Positions 22,300 through 35,649 are shown, counted from the first letter of the whole stretch. The stretch: 63,637 nt of DNA, filler included, from Rhabdomonas costata (GCA_019059605.1; 39 parts of 39 records of this genome joined end to end with filler, not necessarily neighbours in it); one strand, 5' to 3'. Numbers and translations are program-made. The notes: generated by a model not told the origin, from the sequence alone.

Positions 22300-22776
22300 T
22301 CGTCAGAAATCCACGCACCCCTCCCACCACCATCAGCAACAACAAGCACAGGACAAGCACAGGGAACAGAAGGCATAGCAACAGACACAGAAGGAACAGA
22401 CATCGACACAGAAGGCGTACACACAGAAGGCAAAGCGACAGACACAGAAGGCAACGAGACAGCAGGCACCAAGAGACTCAGCTTGACATCAGACCCAACA
22501 TCACCCAAACGCAAAGCCAAACCCTCACACACCACCAACTCCCTCACACCAGCAGCAGGAACCTCCAACGCACCAACCTCCAAAGTACCAGCTCCAACAC
22601 CCAACGCTCCGACACCACGAACCCCAACAGCATCAGCACCAACGACTACGACTCCACGACACGCAACAACGAACGCAACAACCAACGCAAGAACCAACAT
22701 ACCCTACGCACCAACCGTAACACCAAACCCTACGCCTACACCAACCACACCATACCCTACAGCTACACAACACACC
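22300..22776 (+). repeat. T-depleted A/C-rich low-complexity tract with GACACAGAAGG repeats
   Basis: Abrupt change in composition after the pol fragment; a similar tract lies at 58190-58746. Confidence 0.6.
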
Positions 22777-24510
22777 NNNNNNNNNNNNNNNNNNNNNNNN
22801 NNNNNNNNNNNNNNNNNNNNTTAATTAATTAANNNNNNNNNNNNNNNNNNNNNNNNNNNNNNNNNNNNNNNNNNNNCCTGCAGTGGTGTAACCATTATAG
22901 CAACCTCTGCTGCTGTAGACCCTGCCGTTCAACCATCTGAGCGGAGGTCTGCTCGAAAATTTGCAAACTAGCGGGTCTGAGGCTCCGGCGGCATGGGGAG
23001 CGGGGGCATGTGGGAGAGAATATTTGCCGGGAGTTGCGTGGCCTGTGGTTGGTTTGCCTCACAGGCACTGGAACAGCGTCACTTCGCGACAATTGAGCCC
23101 CTCTTGGTGCAGTCAAGCTCCACCGCCGGGCTGGTGGTGGGCATGCCGCGCAGCGACTCAGAATTCCTCCGCTCAATGAGCATGGTTGGCCGGGGCGGGG
23201 CAGACTGAGAGAGAAATGCTGCCTAAGGATACTCTCCTCATGCCCCCCCCCCCACTCCGGTGGTTGGCATGAGTTTTTATGCATGGCTTTGCCATTCAGC
23301 CGTGGAACACATTCCTTTCAGGTGTGTTTTCGCTGAATGCGGTTTGAGTTGAGACGTTTTTTTTGGATTTCTGGGCTGTGACTTTCCGCCCGCTGCGTGA
23401 GTGCACATGAATCCAGATGAAGGATGTGGGTCCATCGTTTCAGAGCTGGAGCGGATTTGCGAAGCCCCCGCATAGTCGGCATCAACATCAACATCAACCG
23501 CCTTTGACGACACATCTGGAAAAGCTAGAAATATCAGCGATATTATCAAACAACGCCTGAGTCTGGACCATTGTCTTGAAGTAATCTCACTCACCGCAAC
23601 CACAGCCCTCACCTCAACATCTCACTCTTGCTGTAAACCTTTCATCGATGTTGAAGCACCCAACAAGTGCCACAAGCGCAACAAGTCCAAAGTCCAGGTT
23701 TCGCTTTTATCGTTTTCATTCAAAAGTTGGATGGTCTCTTTTAAATGTGACACCCAGTACAAGCAAAAGTTGGACTGGCCATGCGGCAAAAAGGGGTAAA
23801 CCGCGCTTTCGATTCTAGCAATGCGGGTTCCCCTCTATCGGATCTGAACCCTGTTTAGGGTCCAGGGCACGTCCAGGTAAAATCAATGAAGTTGAAATCA
23901 AACATCAGACCAGATATTGTCGCGATTCCCCGCCCTCCATGAAAACTCTCCAGCTCATTTCTGACTTCCTCCACAACCTCCGGGGATTCAGGCAGATTTG
24001 AGATGAAGGTGAAAATGCATTGGAGCGTTTTTGCGTGTGTCATTGTCTCTTGTGACGAACAATATGCTTTTTTCTGCGACATTTCTTCGAACCATGTAGT
24101 TGTGCATGTGTGCAGAGCCTTTTTGCACAGGCCAACCTTGACGCATGACCTTGATGCGTGGGGTAGCACCATTTGTGTGATTTAGACGCCTCATGCCGCA
24201 TTGCAAATGTAGACATGTTGAGCTTTTTGGTCAACATCAGGGAAGAGGTGAGCATTGCCTCTTGGTGGTGGAAACGACCCTTGTGCCCTCCTGCTCACGA
24301 ACTCTTTTCCTCCCTGTATCGCGCGCGCTTCTCACCGTGGCACCTCCCTTTGGTGCCCGTCAATGCCACCCTACATCACCGTGCATTTTTTCTGAAGTTA
24401 CCCGCAACCCNNNNNNNNNNNNNNNNNNNNNNNNNNNNNNNNNNNNNNNNNNNNTTAATTAATTAANNNNNNNNNNNNNNNNNNNNNNNNNNNNNNNNNN
24501 NNNNNNNNNN

Positions 24511-24985
24511 GTGGTTTTTGACTATTGGCAGGAAGATGACTCGGAGGTTCTGGCTGACTTTGCCGTTGCTATGGCCAAAGAAACAGAGGGCAAGGCTCTG
24601 GACCGGGAAACAGTCCTCCGCGGAATTCGTCTTGGCATAGCTGACCCCAGCAAGGGGGCGTCCTACCTTGTGGCGGAGTCTCCACACTGCCATCCGCCGA
24701 AGCTCATCGGCACCCTGATGCTAACCTCAGAGTGGAGCGACTGGCACTGCGCGGCGTACTGGGTGGGTGCAATCAGTGTACGTGCTACCAGAGCACCGTG
24801 GCCGTGGAGCCTTCTCGCAGCTCTTCCGGGAGGTCCTTGCTCGGGGAAAGGCAAGCGGGGTGGCTGCGGTGAGGCTCTATGTGAACCGGCAGAACTCCAG
24901 GGCAATGGCGGTGTACGAGGGATTGGGGATGAGGGACGCGGGGTACACCGTTTACGAGCTCACCCCGCCATTTCCGGGCAAGTGA
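24511..24985 (+). CDS. Intronless GNAT acetyltransferase with a +1 frameshift near 24763 (sequencing error or pseudogene); 5' truncated
   Basis: AMAKETEGKALD and TSEWSDW. Removing one G from TACTGGGTGGGTGCAA gives YWWVQSVYVLPEHRGRGAF...VRLYVNRQNSRAMAVYEGLG, with acetyl-CoA motifs A and B. Confidence 0.85.
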
Positions 24986-25959
24986 TGTTGCTCGGTCGCG
25001 CTGAACGCTCATCTCAGCGTTGACTGATGCTCTTGGAGATCAGTGTTGAACGTTATTCTCCTAACCTCCTTACCTGCTGCAGCTCCTCGTGCATGATTTG
25101 TGTTGCTGGATACTGCCCATGTCCGGTATGTACGTTTTCTGGACCAGATGAATCCATCCTGGTGCGTTTGCCTTGCAAGCGCAAGGCATCAAATATAAAG
25201 TAGAACAGGCGAAGGATGAATGAACGAGTTGGTGGAAATCGATACCGGCGAAAATGAAATTCTTCTGAAAAAGGACCGATATGCCCCAACATGGCCCCTG
25301 ACTGGGAGAGAAGAGGTCTGCTATCCAGTTTTGCAAAGCGTTATGGGTGCTGGTCTTACCACGGGGTTGGGGGAAAGGGCCAAGACCCCACTTGGCCGCG
25401 ACACCTATCCCAAAAAGGGCCCACACAGGGGAGCCAGCGAAACACATGGACCGGTATTGCCCCAAGTTGCGGTGAATTTGTTTGCGGACCGCCCGGCGCA
25501 ATCAAAACCAGCGCTGAAGGACGGATGCTTGCTCGCCATCGTCTGGGAGAAAATACTGCGGACGTCCGCGGACACCGGTGGCGCCCCAACGTTTGGAGGA
25601 ATGTGCGTGGGTTTTGTGGGCCAAAAAAGGTCGGAAAAAACTAAGGAGAAAAGTTCATGTCGCACCGGTGGACCAACATCGACATTGTTTTTCTTGACCC
25701 ATATGCCCAATAAAATTAATCAGGTCTTTCTCCTGGACAGCATTTGACAACATCAACGGGAACGCGAGCAACACCAATGTCAGGGCATGGGTTTTATTCA
25801 AAAACGGCCCCTGGACACTTGACACTTGACGGACGCCGGTGATGAAGTGGTCAAGCGGATTCCTATAAATATGTGCGACCGATCAACTTTGCAAGTGTGG
25901 ATGCCGAGTTTAAATGAACATGGCGCTGGACGACACGAAGGGCATTGGGGTGAGAGGGT

Positions 25960-25960
<1 letters not shown>

Positions 25961-26043
<83 letters not shown>

Positions 26044-26061
26044 ACACACACACACACCCAC
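25961..26061. repeat. (CA)40 microsatellite plus an imperfect tail at the contig end
   Basis: Visible directly. Confidence 0.98.
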
Positions 26062-26728
26062 NNNNNNNNNNNNNNNNNNNNNNNNNNNNNNNNNNNNNNN
26101 NNNNNTTAATTAATTAANNNNNNNNNNNNNNNNNNNNNNNNNNNNNNNNNNNNNNNNNNNNGGGGTTTGGTGGAGACTGAGATCGGAGTCAGCGGGGTCA
26201 CCGGGGAGGCGGCCCCCCCTACCGTGGAGGCAGTGAGGGAGGGATGGGTTTGAATTTCCGCATGTGTGTGTATGTGTGTGCAGCGCATAGCTTGCTTGCT
26301 GCTGCCTGACGGTTGGTGACCACTCTGGACTGACGGGCGCTGTAGGTCACGGGTGCTCGTGAGAGGTACCGTTGGAGCGAACGGTGCCGTGGGTTACCGG
26401 CTCACCGAAGAACGTTCCAAATACAGTTACCTCCCTTTTGCCCCACGGGTCCCGGGCCGTTGTCATGCAGCTGCCCTTTTCGAACGGCTGCCCTCCTTGC
26501 TCCATTGCTGTTCGGGTCTCTAAGGCTCCGCACCTTTTTGGGGAGATGGGGGCCTTCTCTCGCTGCGATTGTGCGTGTGAGTGTGTGTGTATATGCATAC
26601 ATGTGCATGTGCATGTGCTGTTCGGCCTCAACGTACCAAAGCACAGTCACGGAAACAAGAACGCCTTTCCCCCCTAAGAAGATTCACATCGAAGACAACA
26701 GAGTTCACAGGGTCTGGGGGTCACACAC

Positions 26729-27576
26729 CTCTGCTGCGCAGGCTTTCCGGCCGGAGGCTGGCCAGCACCGGGGGCTTGCGCTGCCCCGCGAAGTACTCCG
26801 CCGCAGACAGTGCTGGGGTACTGCTGAAGGTGTTGGGGTAGAGGTCGGCCTGGAACTCCACTGCGGCCTGCTTCCGCGGGCACATCCATGAGATGGGCAC
26901 GATGTGCGTGTTGGTGAGCTTCAGCATCCGTAACACCTCCCCCTTGTTGAAGCTCAGCAGCTGTGAAGGGAAGTGCAAACGCACGGGTGGTGCGTTGAGA
27001 CTTGCATTTCCATCGTTTTTCAAAATTATTTCATATCATTCAAATTACTCCCGAAGCTCCCGATAAGACTTTGCAAAGCAGGCGGGCGGGAGAGGGGGTG
27101 ACCTTCCTCTTAGTCAGTTTTTGTGTGGGGACCGCGCATGACGCTTTGCACAATTGCTGTTGAATTCAGGTTCTTACGTTTCGCTGATGACGTCCCCCTT
27201 TTTTCAGCCTTTTGTTTTCGCATCGCGTGCGCGCTTGAGTGGAACGAAAGAGCAACCACCACAGAAGAAAGGAGGTTTACGGGTGTAAGGGTATGGTCTG
27301 CGACAGGTTGAGTCAGACACCGACCTGCTTTGGGAGAACGCACAGCCCGCGCTGCGGCTCTTTGCTGCCGAATTCCACGGGGTTCTCGGACAAGGGGCTG
27401 CCACGGCCCCCCTTCAGCTCGAACACCCTCAAGTTGCCATCCCCTTTGCCTCCCAGGAACAGCAGCCCGGTGTCCTCGTCCATGAAGGCGAGCAGGGTGC
27501 CGCTCTGGGCGTCCAGATCAGCGGTGCCCAGGGCTCCCTCAGGCCGAGCCAGCGCACGGGGGTCCCAAACCATTAG
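26729..27576 (-). CDS. Coronin (WD40), exons 27325-27576 and 26729-26960, partial
   Basis: WDPR, DEDTGLLFLGGKGDGNLRVFE, EPQRGLCVLPK, IVPISW.CPRK and FQADLYP are coronin signatures. Confidence 0.92.
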
Positions 27577-27795
27577 CTGCGGAACCAATAGGAGAAGTGA
27601 AACCCACGCCTATTGTCCACACAAAGCCCCCACACGATAGAAAAAGAGGGGTTTGGAGTAGAAGAATGGAGGGTTTTGGAGGACAACACCCAACCNNNNN
27701 NNNNNNNNNNNNNNNNNNNNNNNNNNNNNNNNNNNNNNNTTAATTAATTAANNNNNNNNNNNNNNNNNNNNNNNNNNNNNNNNNNNNNNNNNNNN

Positions 27796-29307
27796 CACGA
27801 TACGGGTGGTGGATACTGCCGCGCTGTACTTCTTCTCGCCGTGCCACGTGGAGGTGAAGGTGAAGCGGGCCAACGTAGGATACCTAAACGTGTGTCCTGT
27901 GGGTGGAAGGTGGGGGCTCATGCTTCTTTCCGGTTTCAACCTGTTCATTTTTTGTATACTCTCTCAAATCTCTCTCGCGTTCGTTCTTGTAGCTTGCTTG
28001 TTCAGTGCTGGATGAGCTCATGTGCCGCAGCGCCGTGCATTGCTTAAAAGTACTATTTGCTTGTTTGAAACGCGTTAGAAAGATTCTTCTGCTGGAGCCG
28101 TGGCTTTTTGCCGGAGTCTTCCCTGTCAGTTGGAACTTGTGGCTCGTTTTTGGGAGGCACAATAGTTGGTCCTTGAATAAGCCTTCTGCGATATGTGCAG
28201 TCGCTTTTCGAAACTGACTTCCCAAATGCTGGTGGATTCATTTCCGAGGTAATGAGTGACAGCATTGCGGTATTGAAACGGGTGTTGCTCTTTGGTCTCA
28301 AAGTTAGCGAGCGGGGTTGTTCTTTCGGGGCTCAGGGTGTGTGAGACTCCTCCTGCTTTCCGTTGACGCACCAGGCTCACACACAGTACTACGTCCCCAA
28401 GCGGTGGATGCCTCCCAACCTGCGGAGCTACTACTCCCGCCACGTGCTGTTCAAGTTTGATAAGCCCCTTGTCATCATTCACAACAAGCATACCGCGGTC
28501 TGCTATTTTCGTTGATGGGGTTGCTGTGTTTCTTTCGGGGGTGGTACATTGTGTTTAACCGATGTGGTACCATCCCTGATGCCCCGATAACGGTCCGAGC
28601 TTTAGCTGGCGGGTTAGTTTACAGTCGCAGATGCAACTGGATGCTGTGTAGCTGCCCGCAGTATGGTCAAGGTTGTACTGATTCTTGTGTATTTTGTTGA
28701 TAAAATGCGGGTAAATGTTTGGTGTTGACACGTTTTGGTTATACACTCTTCAGAAAAGGATGAGCGTTTGGTCGTTTTTTAGCAGGGAAGCAAGTTTCAC
28801 TCATTATGGAAGAACCACAAGGCGGCCCGTCGCCAGACTCTGCTGCATAAGCTTCTCCCATCGAACCTGGCTGAACTTGTCCTACGCTCATCTCTCCCAG
28901 TCCGCAGGTTCACCACGTTGTTCCATTCATGCCAACGCCAACCGGGCCAAGTAAACGCCAACGCCAACGCCAACCGGGTGAGCCGGTACCCCACGGCGTC
29001 GTTTCTTCCTGTACCATTCGCGAGCACCCATGGCCCACCGCGCGTCAGCCAGTCCTAGAGTTATTCAGGCAACCGCCTGCGCATTGTGCGCCCAACACAT
29101 ACACACACAACACACTCACTCTGCGAATCTCGCGCCGTCTGTAGGAGTGGGATGCTCTGCGGGCGAGGTTTGGGCCCCCGCTGAACTTCATCCCGATCCG
29201 GATCCTCTCCTGCCTCCTCGAGGCCCTCACCCCGTACTACCTCGTGGTTTACTTCCGCGCCACCGGGGCGGAGTTCGCGGGGGACACCCAAAAGACCTTT
29301 GCCTGGG
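27796..29307 (+). CDS. Putative exons of a hypothetical protein (27796-~27874, 28375-28443, 29145-29307)
   Basis: GC3-rich open frames bounded by AG/GT. Phases are not fully resolved and I recognise no family. Confidence 0.4.
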
Positions 29308-29678
29308 GTGACCACAAACACCCNNNNNNNNNNNNNNNNNNNNNNNNNNNNNNNNNNNNNNNNNNNNTTAATTAATTAANNNNNNNNNNNNNNNNNNNNN
29401 NNNNNNNNNNNNNNNNNNNNNNNAGTAGTACTCCGAGCTTGGGGTGAGACCTTCGCCAGGAGCACGACATCAAGAAAGGCGTGTGTCGTGCAAACGGGTT
29501 TGTTAGGTGTCTGTGTTGCGTGATCGATGAACAACAACGTGGGGAACATCACTTCGCATATGCAGCCACTACTCCAGATTGATCCATTTAGCAGAAAGAA
29601 GAAACCAAAGCAGAGATGGCGCTGGTCATGAAGTCCTTATTCTGGGATGCAAATCCGATGAAAGGGTGACGACAAAAC

Positions 29679-30015
29679 CTTGAGCTAAGAAGAAGAGCAG
29701 ATTGTCATTCCCCTTGGGCTCAGAGTAGTGGGCGTACACAATCAACGTGGAGTGGGGCTTCTGATGGTTCTGATAAACCAGGGCGCGGCTGGCACGTTGC
29801 CGAATTATTGGATTGGTGCGGACCGCCTCGCACACCAGGCCATCACCCGAAGCCCCCGAGTGTGAGAGTTCCGTGGCGGACAGTAGCGGAATCAACTTCA
29901 GAGCTGATGTGGGAGGAGTCGCAAAAAGGCTGCTAAGCTTGTCGAAGGGGGTTGCCCGGCAACACTCCAGCAGACATAGCAACACTAAAATTACACCAAA
30001 AGGACAAATGGGCAT
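29679..30015 (-). CDS. First exon of a signal-peptide protein of unknown function
   Basis: MPICPFGVILVLLCLLECCRA hydrophobic N-terminus; ends TLIVYAHYSEPKGNDNLLFFLAQ at an aag|gtttt donor. Confidence 0.45.
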
Positions 30016-33000
30016 CACCGAAGTCATTAACTCAAAGAAAATATGAGCCGTATAACAAAACAGAAAGTTCTGAGCAACAGGAAACAAAGGCGAAGACGTT
30101 TTCGGATGTTCGCATGACAATGGTACTGCTTCTCAGCTTCTTGGCTCGAATGTGGTTCGACCCCCAAAAGTCGAGGCTGTTGCTCTAAACACCAAGAAAA
30201 AGGACCTTCAGAGCTCTAGGCTGCGGACAAGTGGATGCCACCCGTAAGCATCCCGGTTGGTTGTCTGGCATCTCACGAAGAGAAGAGCTTGCGTCAAAGG
30301 TGCATCAAAGTTCCGCCGAGGCAGCACTATCACTCCGCTCACGGACTGTGCCGTCTGCTTGTTGCCATTCTTGACTCACGGGGGGCATCTGCGGTAATGT
30401 GCTCATGTCTGAACTTTGAAAGTTCAGAACACTCCCGCGGAGGCTACTGCGAAAAAAGGAGAGCGATTGTCCAATAACATGCCGGCCATTTCGGTGAACG
30501 CTGCTTTCTTCCTATGGTAAGCTACTGGATAGGAAAATTATGATAGAGTACAATAAAAAACTGCTGAGCATCAACATCCCGTAACGGCAGTGCGTGATGA
30601 AGCCCTGTTGCTGACCGGCTCCCGGCGTGAAACAACGTAGGACGGAAAATTGTAACAAAACCCTTCGAAGGTCACCCTAGACGCCAAGCAAGCAGAAAAA
30701 ATATGAATACGGAACCTAGTAGCACACCGACGTGTTGGGAGAAGCAGCAAAAGGGAAGAATTTCATTTCAGCAAAAGGACGTTAACCACCGTCGCAAAAG
30801 TACATTATCTGAGATTTTGCGAATAAAGATGTGAATGCACAGTGTGATATCAGCACCCTCGCAACTACACGATCTTTCCCGTCAATGCGAAAGACTGAAG
30901 CCCGCTCCTGTTCGCTTCGCACATATGAAAGGACGTTAAAATTACATCCAAAACAAANNNNNNNNNNNNNNNNNNNNNNNNNNNNNNNNNNNNNNNNNNN
31001 NTTAATTAATTAANNNNNNNNNNNNNNNNNNNNNNNNNNNNNNNNNNNNNNNNNNNNGGGTCTGAGTCTCACGCACCCTCTTACTCTTTCCCTGCGTCTT
31101 GGCTGTGCTGTGTTTTTTTAGCTTCATTTTTCTGTGTGCTTAGCTTGCCGTGGTTGCCTGGCTTGTTAAAGTATATGCAGTATGTAGAAGGAAGGGGTGT
31201 TGTGGGGAGTGAGGGAGGTATGGTTGGGTCCCATGGGGTCACATGGTATGGGTGAAGCCCCGTTTTCAATTTTCAGATTATCGGTAGAGTTTTTTTTGTG
31301 AGTTTACCCAACAGTGCGCGTTGCACTGACACCGGAATTGCTGGCAGGCAGTTGTTCAGTTGCAAGCCCTGCAGCACATGCAGAGTGAGATACTCCAGGC
31401 TCAGCAGCAGTAGCAGCAGCTTCAGCAAATCGCGACTTTCGTCGCCCCAAGGTGGGTTGTGTGCAGCGTTGGGGCCGTGGCAGTTCGCAGACTGCAAAAC
31501 GGTCAAAAATAAGGGAGAGAGAAGAAAGAAAGAGGGGGGCCGGCAAAAGAAAAGAGAATGCCTAGGAACGTGATGAGAAGGAATGGACATCGGGGAAACG
31601 TCAGTTTCAGGATCATTGGGCGGCTGAAGGAAGCCCAAGCAAGCGCGAGGACGAGCGGAAGGACAGGAAGAGCAGAAGCTTGCTCCAGTGACCGCCATTG
31701 AGTCTGCTCGGACCGAGTGAAATGCTCTCTGAGGCGTGCGGAGTGTTTCAGCAGACGGCATAAGGAGTGCTAATGCATGATCACGTGTATCCCGACCTAT
31801 GGGGAGTGGACAACCGACGTAGAGGGGGCGGATGGGGGATAGTAGTTCTTGTGCCAGGTTGAGGATAGTTGGGCAGTGATCACTATTCAGCTAAGTAGTG
31901 CCACCATTCAAACGTTGAATAGTGGGGGGTGGGGAGCGTGTGATACACGTAAGCCCCATTGGAGTTTTGGTAAGAATTGGTTTGGGCGAAGCGGCAGTTG
32001 CTCTGCTCAGCCCCCCTGCGGTGTATTCGAATATCGGAGGTTCTGGGCACCTTTCAGACAGAAGCAACCCAAAAGTGGAACAACAAGGGCCTGAATCCCT
32101 TGCTGTCGGTCACTGTTTTACTGGCTGAAGTCTGGGAAGAAAAGGGTCATTCTTGCCCAGAATGGTAGCAATGGTAGCACTTAACTTTCACCCCTCACTT
32201 GGTATGTTCCCACCTGCTCTGTGTGTTTTCAGGCAGGAGTGCTTTGTGGCGAAAGAGATTTTCTTCCGAGTATGGGAGAAGTTCTTTCCCGTTTTTTGAG
32301 TCGTTAAATTCTCTTCGCAATGTGCAATTTTTTCGGGTTCTTCTTGTTCAAACCAGTGCATGGACCAGAACGGCAATGAAACCGAAAAGTGCGAGGCGCA
32401 GGCAAAGCGGTACCAAACCAACTGCAAGCCGAGCTTTGTATGTTGTTTCGCCTCGTTCTTTGGAATGTGGGAAAACGCTATTGCTGGTTAAACGCCATTG
32501 TGGCCTTGCTGCACAACAGGTGCGTTATTTCAACGAGCAGAGGTGGAAGGTTCTCGCGGAGAAGGGTACCATCGCTGAGAGGCCCACAAACNNNNNNNNN
32601 NNNNNNNNNNNNNNNNNNNNNNNNNNNNNNNNNNNTTAATTAATTAANNNNNNNNNNNNNNNNNNNNNNNNNNNNNNNNNNNNNNNNNNNNGTGGGGGGG
32701 TGTGGTGAGGGTGAATTTGATTCGTAAGTTGTGGGGAACGTCCCGTTTTTGCGAGGCTGGATGCCTCGGAAAAAGGGGACGGTGCTCACAACTTGCTATA
32801 CTATTGGTGGGTGCTGCCTCTGCCGATCTTTACCTCGTCGTTTGCGGGGTCGACTCATCATAAGTCTCGTTGATGCCTCAAGGTGTTTTCAATTCAAACT
32901 GCGGCATACGTTCGGGCGTGATGTTGGATCGTCTCCTGGTAAAGGGGCCTTCTGGGCATGATTTTGAGCGCCTGGTTGGTGTTTATCGTCACAGTCCCCA

Positions 33001-34119
33001 TTTCATGGCCCAGGCAATCTCTCCGCCTCAGCCGCCCGCTCTGCCCGCTACAGCTGCTTTTGACATATGCGATACACTCGGGATATTGTTTTTGAGGACG
33101 AAAATAATCAGCGAAAACAAAAATCATAAAGCCTGCGCCTGGTCAACGCCCTAGGAGTTCTGAGTAGTCTTTCCCCTTAAGCGGTCTGGTCGAACCATGC
33201 TGGCACAAAGAAACCTGAAGATGAGCATTCAGTCCCAATCTCCTGCTTGAGTGAAATCCCGCAGCTCTTCGTTGCCGACGAGGTAGTAGGGATTGGAAGT
33301 GTCACTTCAACACAACAAAAGAAAACAAGCAACAAGAATCGTTACACGATGCACCATTCATGTGAGAAAACAGGGGATTGGGCAGCCCTACGGACTTGTT
33401 TAGTCCAGACTTGACGCTTGGTAATGGCAGTAATTGTGTCAAGGTTTTTTTTGCCAAGGTGGGAGTAACAAGAAGCACTTGAATGACCATGGAGGATTTG
33501 GGAAAGATCAACACCAGGGTCCCAGCAGAAATTAAAGGCATTGAATCCGGTTGCGCACGAGTCGGTATCATCAGTCAGGTGCTGGTGGTGCGCTGCAGAA
33601 GCGAAAAGATAAAAAAGGTCAATGCCGCAACGCAGACGGAGGAGCGGTTTCATACATGCGTGGCGTTGAAGCCGTGCCCGGATACAATCCAATGCCGATC
33701 AACGAATGCCTTGAGAATGATGTATCTACTTGTCCTCGAGTCCTCGAGACGGACCAATACATACAACCAGCAACATTAATGAGAGACTGTGAGCTCTGTG
33801 GTCCACAAAATATAGGCCGTGAGGGCATGAAGGTAAACTTCTTGGTTCCCTTTTCGTTCGCTTTGGGTCCGCCAAGGTGCTTTCCGTGAACGAAGGTGAG
33901 AAGCTGCGCCTCAATTCGCAAATCCGCGTCTATGGGATATTTGATGACGTACCAGCCAGCGCAGGTAGGATTGTGGTCGGGTTGGAGCCACGACGACCTG
34001 TTAAATCCCGCACGCTTCAGCCAAACACTGAAGGCTTTCTTCTTTGACTTAGGGACAGACTGAAGGCCGCTAGAACACCAAAGTCACTTGGGTCCTTGAG
34101 TGCGGCGTGGCTTCGCGGC

Positions 34120-34224
34120 TGGGGTTCAGCACCTAGCGTAGGCTTGGCCTGAAATTCCTTGTCTTTCCTGCTTTGTTAACATTGTTGAGGATCAGGACAG
34201 GCCTACGCTAGGTGCTGAACCCCA
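34120..34224. repeat. Hairpin element of 105 bp with perfect 24-bp arms
   Basis: TGGGGTTCAGCACCTAGCGTAGGC (34120-34143) is the reverse complement of 34201-34224; imperfect pairing continues about 9 bp inward. Confidence 0.85.
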
Positions 34225-34325
34225 ANNNNNNNNNNNNNNNNNNNNNNNNNNNNNNNNNNNNNNNNNNNNTTAATTAATTAANNNNNNNNNNNNNNNNNNN
34301 NNNNNNNNNNNNNNNNNNNNNNNNN

Positions 34326-35649
34326 TTTGTGCGGTACGTACCCCGGGACGTGGTGCGGCTGATGCTGCAGGGCGAGATGAGCGTGGACAACCACATGGAC
34401 CGCCGCGTGGTGTGTGCGTGTGTGTGTGTGTGTGTATGGAATTCCGTCGGCTGTGCTTACCCGCATTCTGCGACGGGCTGCGGCCGGAGTCAGCGGGCAT
34501 AGTAGCGAGTATGCCGTGCTGTGAAGCTGGAAATGGGGACGGCGCCGCGAGTAGTACTACGCTATATAGTTTCACAGCATTCGTGCCCCTGTTGGTAAAC
34601 TATTCCTGTCCATTAGCATCTCTTATCTCCTTTTCCTTTCCTTTGCTGACTGCTGTGCACAACCCCGAAACCACTCTTTCTCCTACGCAGGTTGCTTTTT
34701 TCACTTACCCCTTTTTGTAAATTGACTGTTGAGGTGGTTGTGCGCTTTGTCTCGCAAAAGCTAGTCTTGCTCAAGTGTGTGCCCAATGCTGGGCGGGAGG
34801 AACCAAGAACCTCCGCCCAGCAGCAGAGGGGTGATCCGTACCGCGAGAAGCGGCCAAGCTGCGGGAAAGTATTTGAAATCCCGCTGGAGGCAGAAAAGAC
34901 CTCCACCAAAACAATGTCATGTGCACGTAATAGGTGTGTTCCCAACGCTCATCTGGGGGCCGCCTTTTCCAAAGGATTGCAGATTGGGACTGTTGCGCGT
35001 GCCATCAAAAGAAAAAGACGTTTGTAAGCTTATAATGCTGTGGGTGTATGTGTTTGTGTGCGGTTTCTCGACGTCTCGGATGCTGCATTGATTGCTTGGA
35101 ATTGCGGTTGACACAACACGAGGAGCCATTCACCAACAGTTACGTTCTGACGGCATGTACCCCTGTTCAAATCGATGGTCGCTCGCTTTTCGTTTCTGCA
35201 CTTCATCGTGTTCTGTTCTGTGGTTGGGTTCCCATGAGCTTTGTTGCTTCGGGTGCCAGCCCTTGAGTCCGATGGACACTTATGAGCGGGGAGCTCATGA
35301 AGATGAACCCTCATTCCTTCCTCATGTCTGCGTACCCCTGTAACGATCATTTCCATCAGTAGAAATGTCTTTAAGCGGTTTGCGGATGACAGTAACCGGT
35401 AATCTGCGAGCAGGCTTTCTCTTTCCACACCAAATCATCAACTAGCAGACACGTTGCAGAGGACCCGAGCAATTATCGGCAATTGGTACGGTTAATGGTT
35501 CCTCACAGATCTCTATCATGTTCATGGACATCGCTGGATTCACTCGGATTTCCGAAGAGCTGGAGCCTGACCAATTGATCGCTCTGACCACGGATTATAT
35601 GCAGGCAATGTGCGATGTCATCGTGAACCACAACGGCACCCTGGACAAG
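34326..35649 (+). CDS. Class III adenylate/guanylate cyclase, exons 34326-34409 and 35509-35649, partial
   Basis: FVRYVPRDVVRLM...DRRV|ISIMFMDIAGFTRISEELEPDQLI...MCDVIVNHNGTLDK carries the metal-binding DIxGFT motif and GTLDK. Confidence 0.92.

Noticed and set aside
25798..26117. ORFs with poly(VC) or poly(HT)
   Set aside because: Translations of the (CA)n microsatellite.
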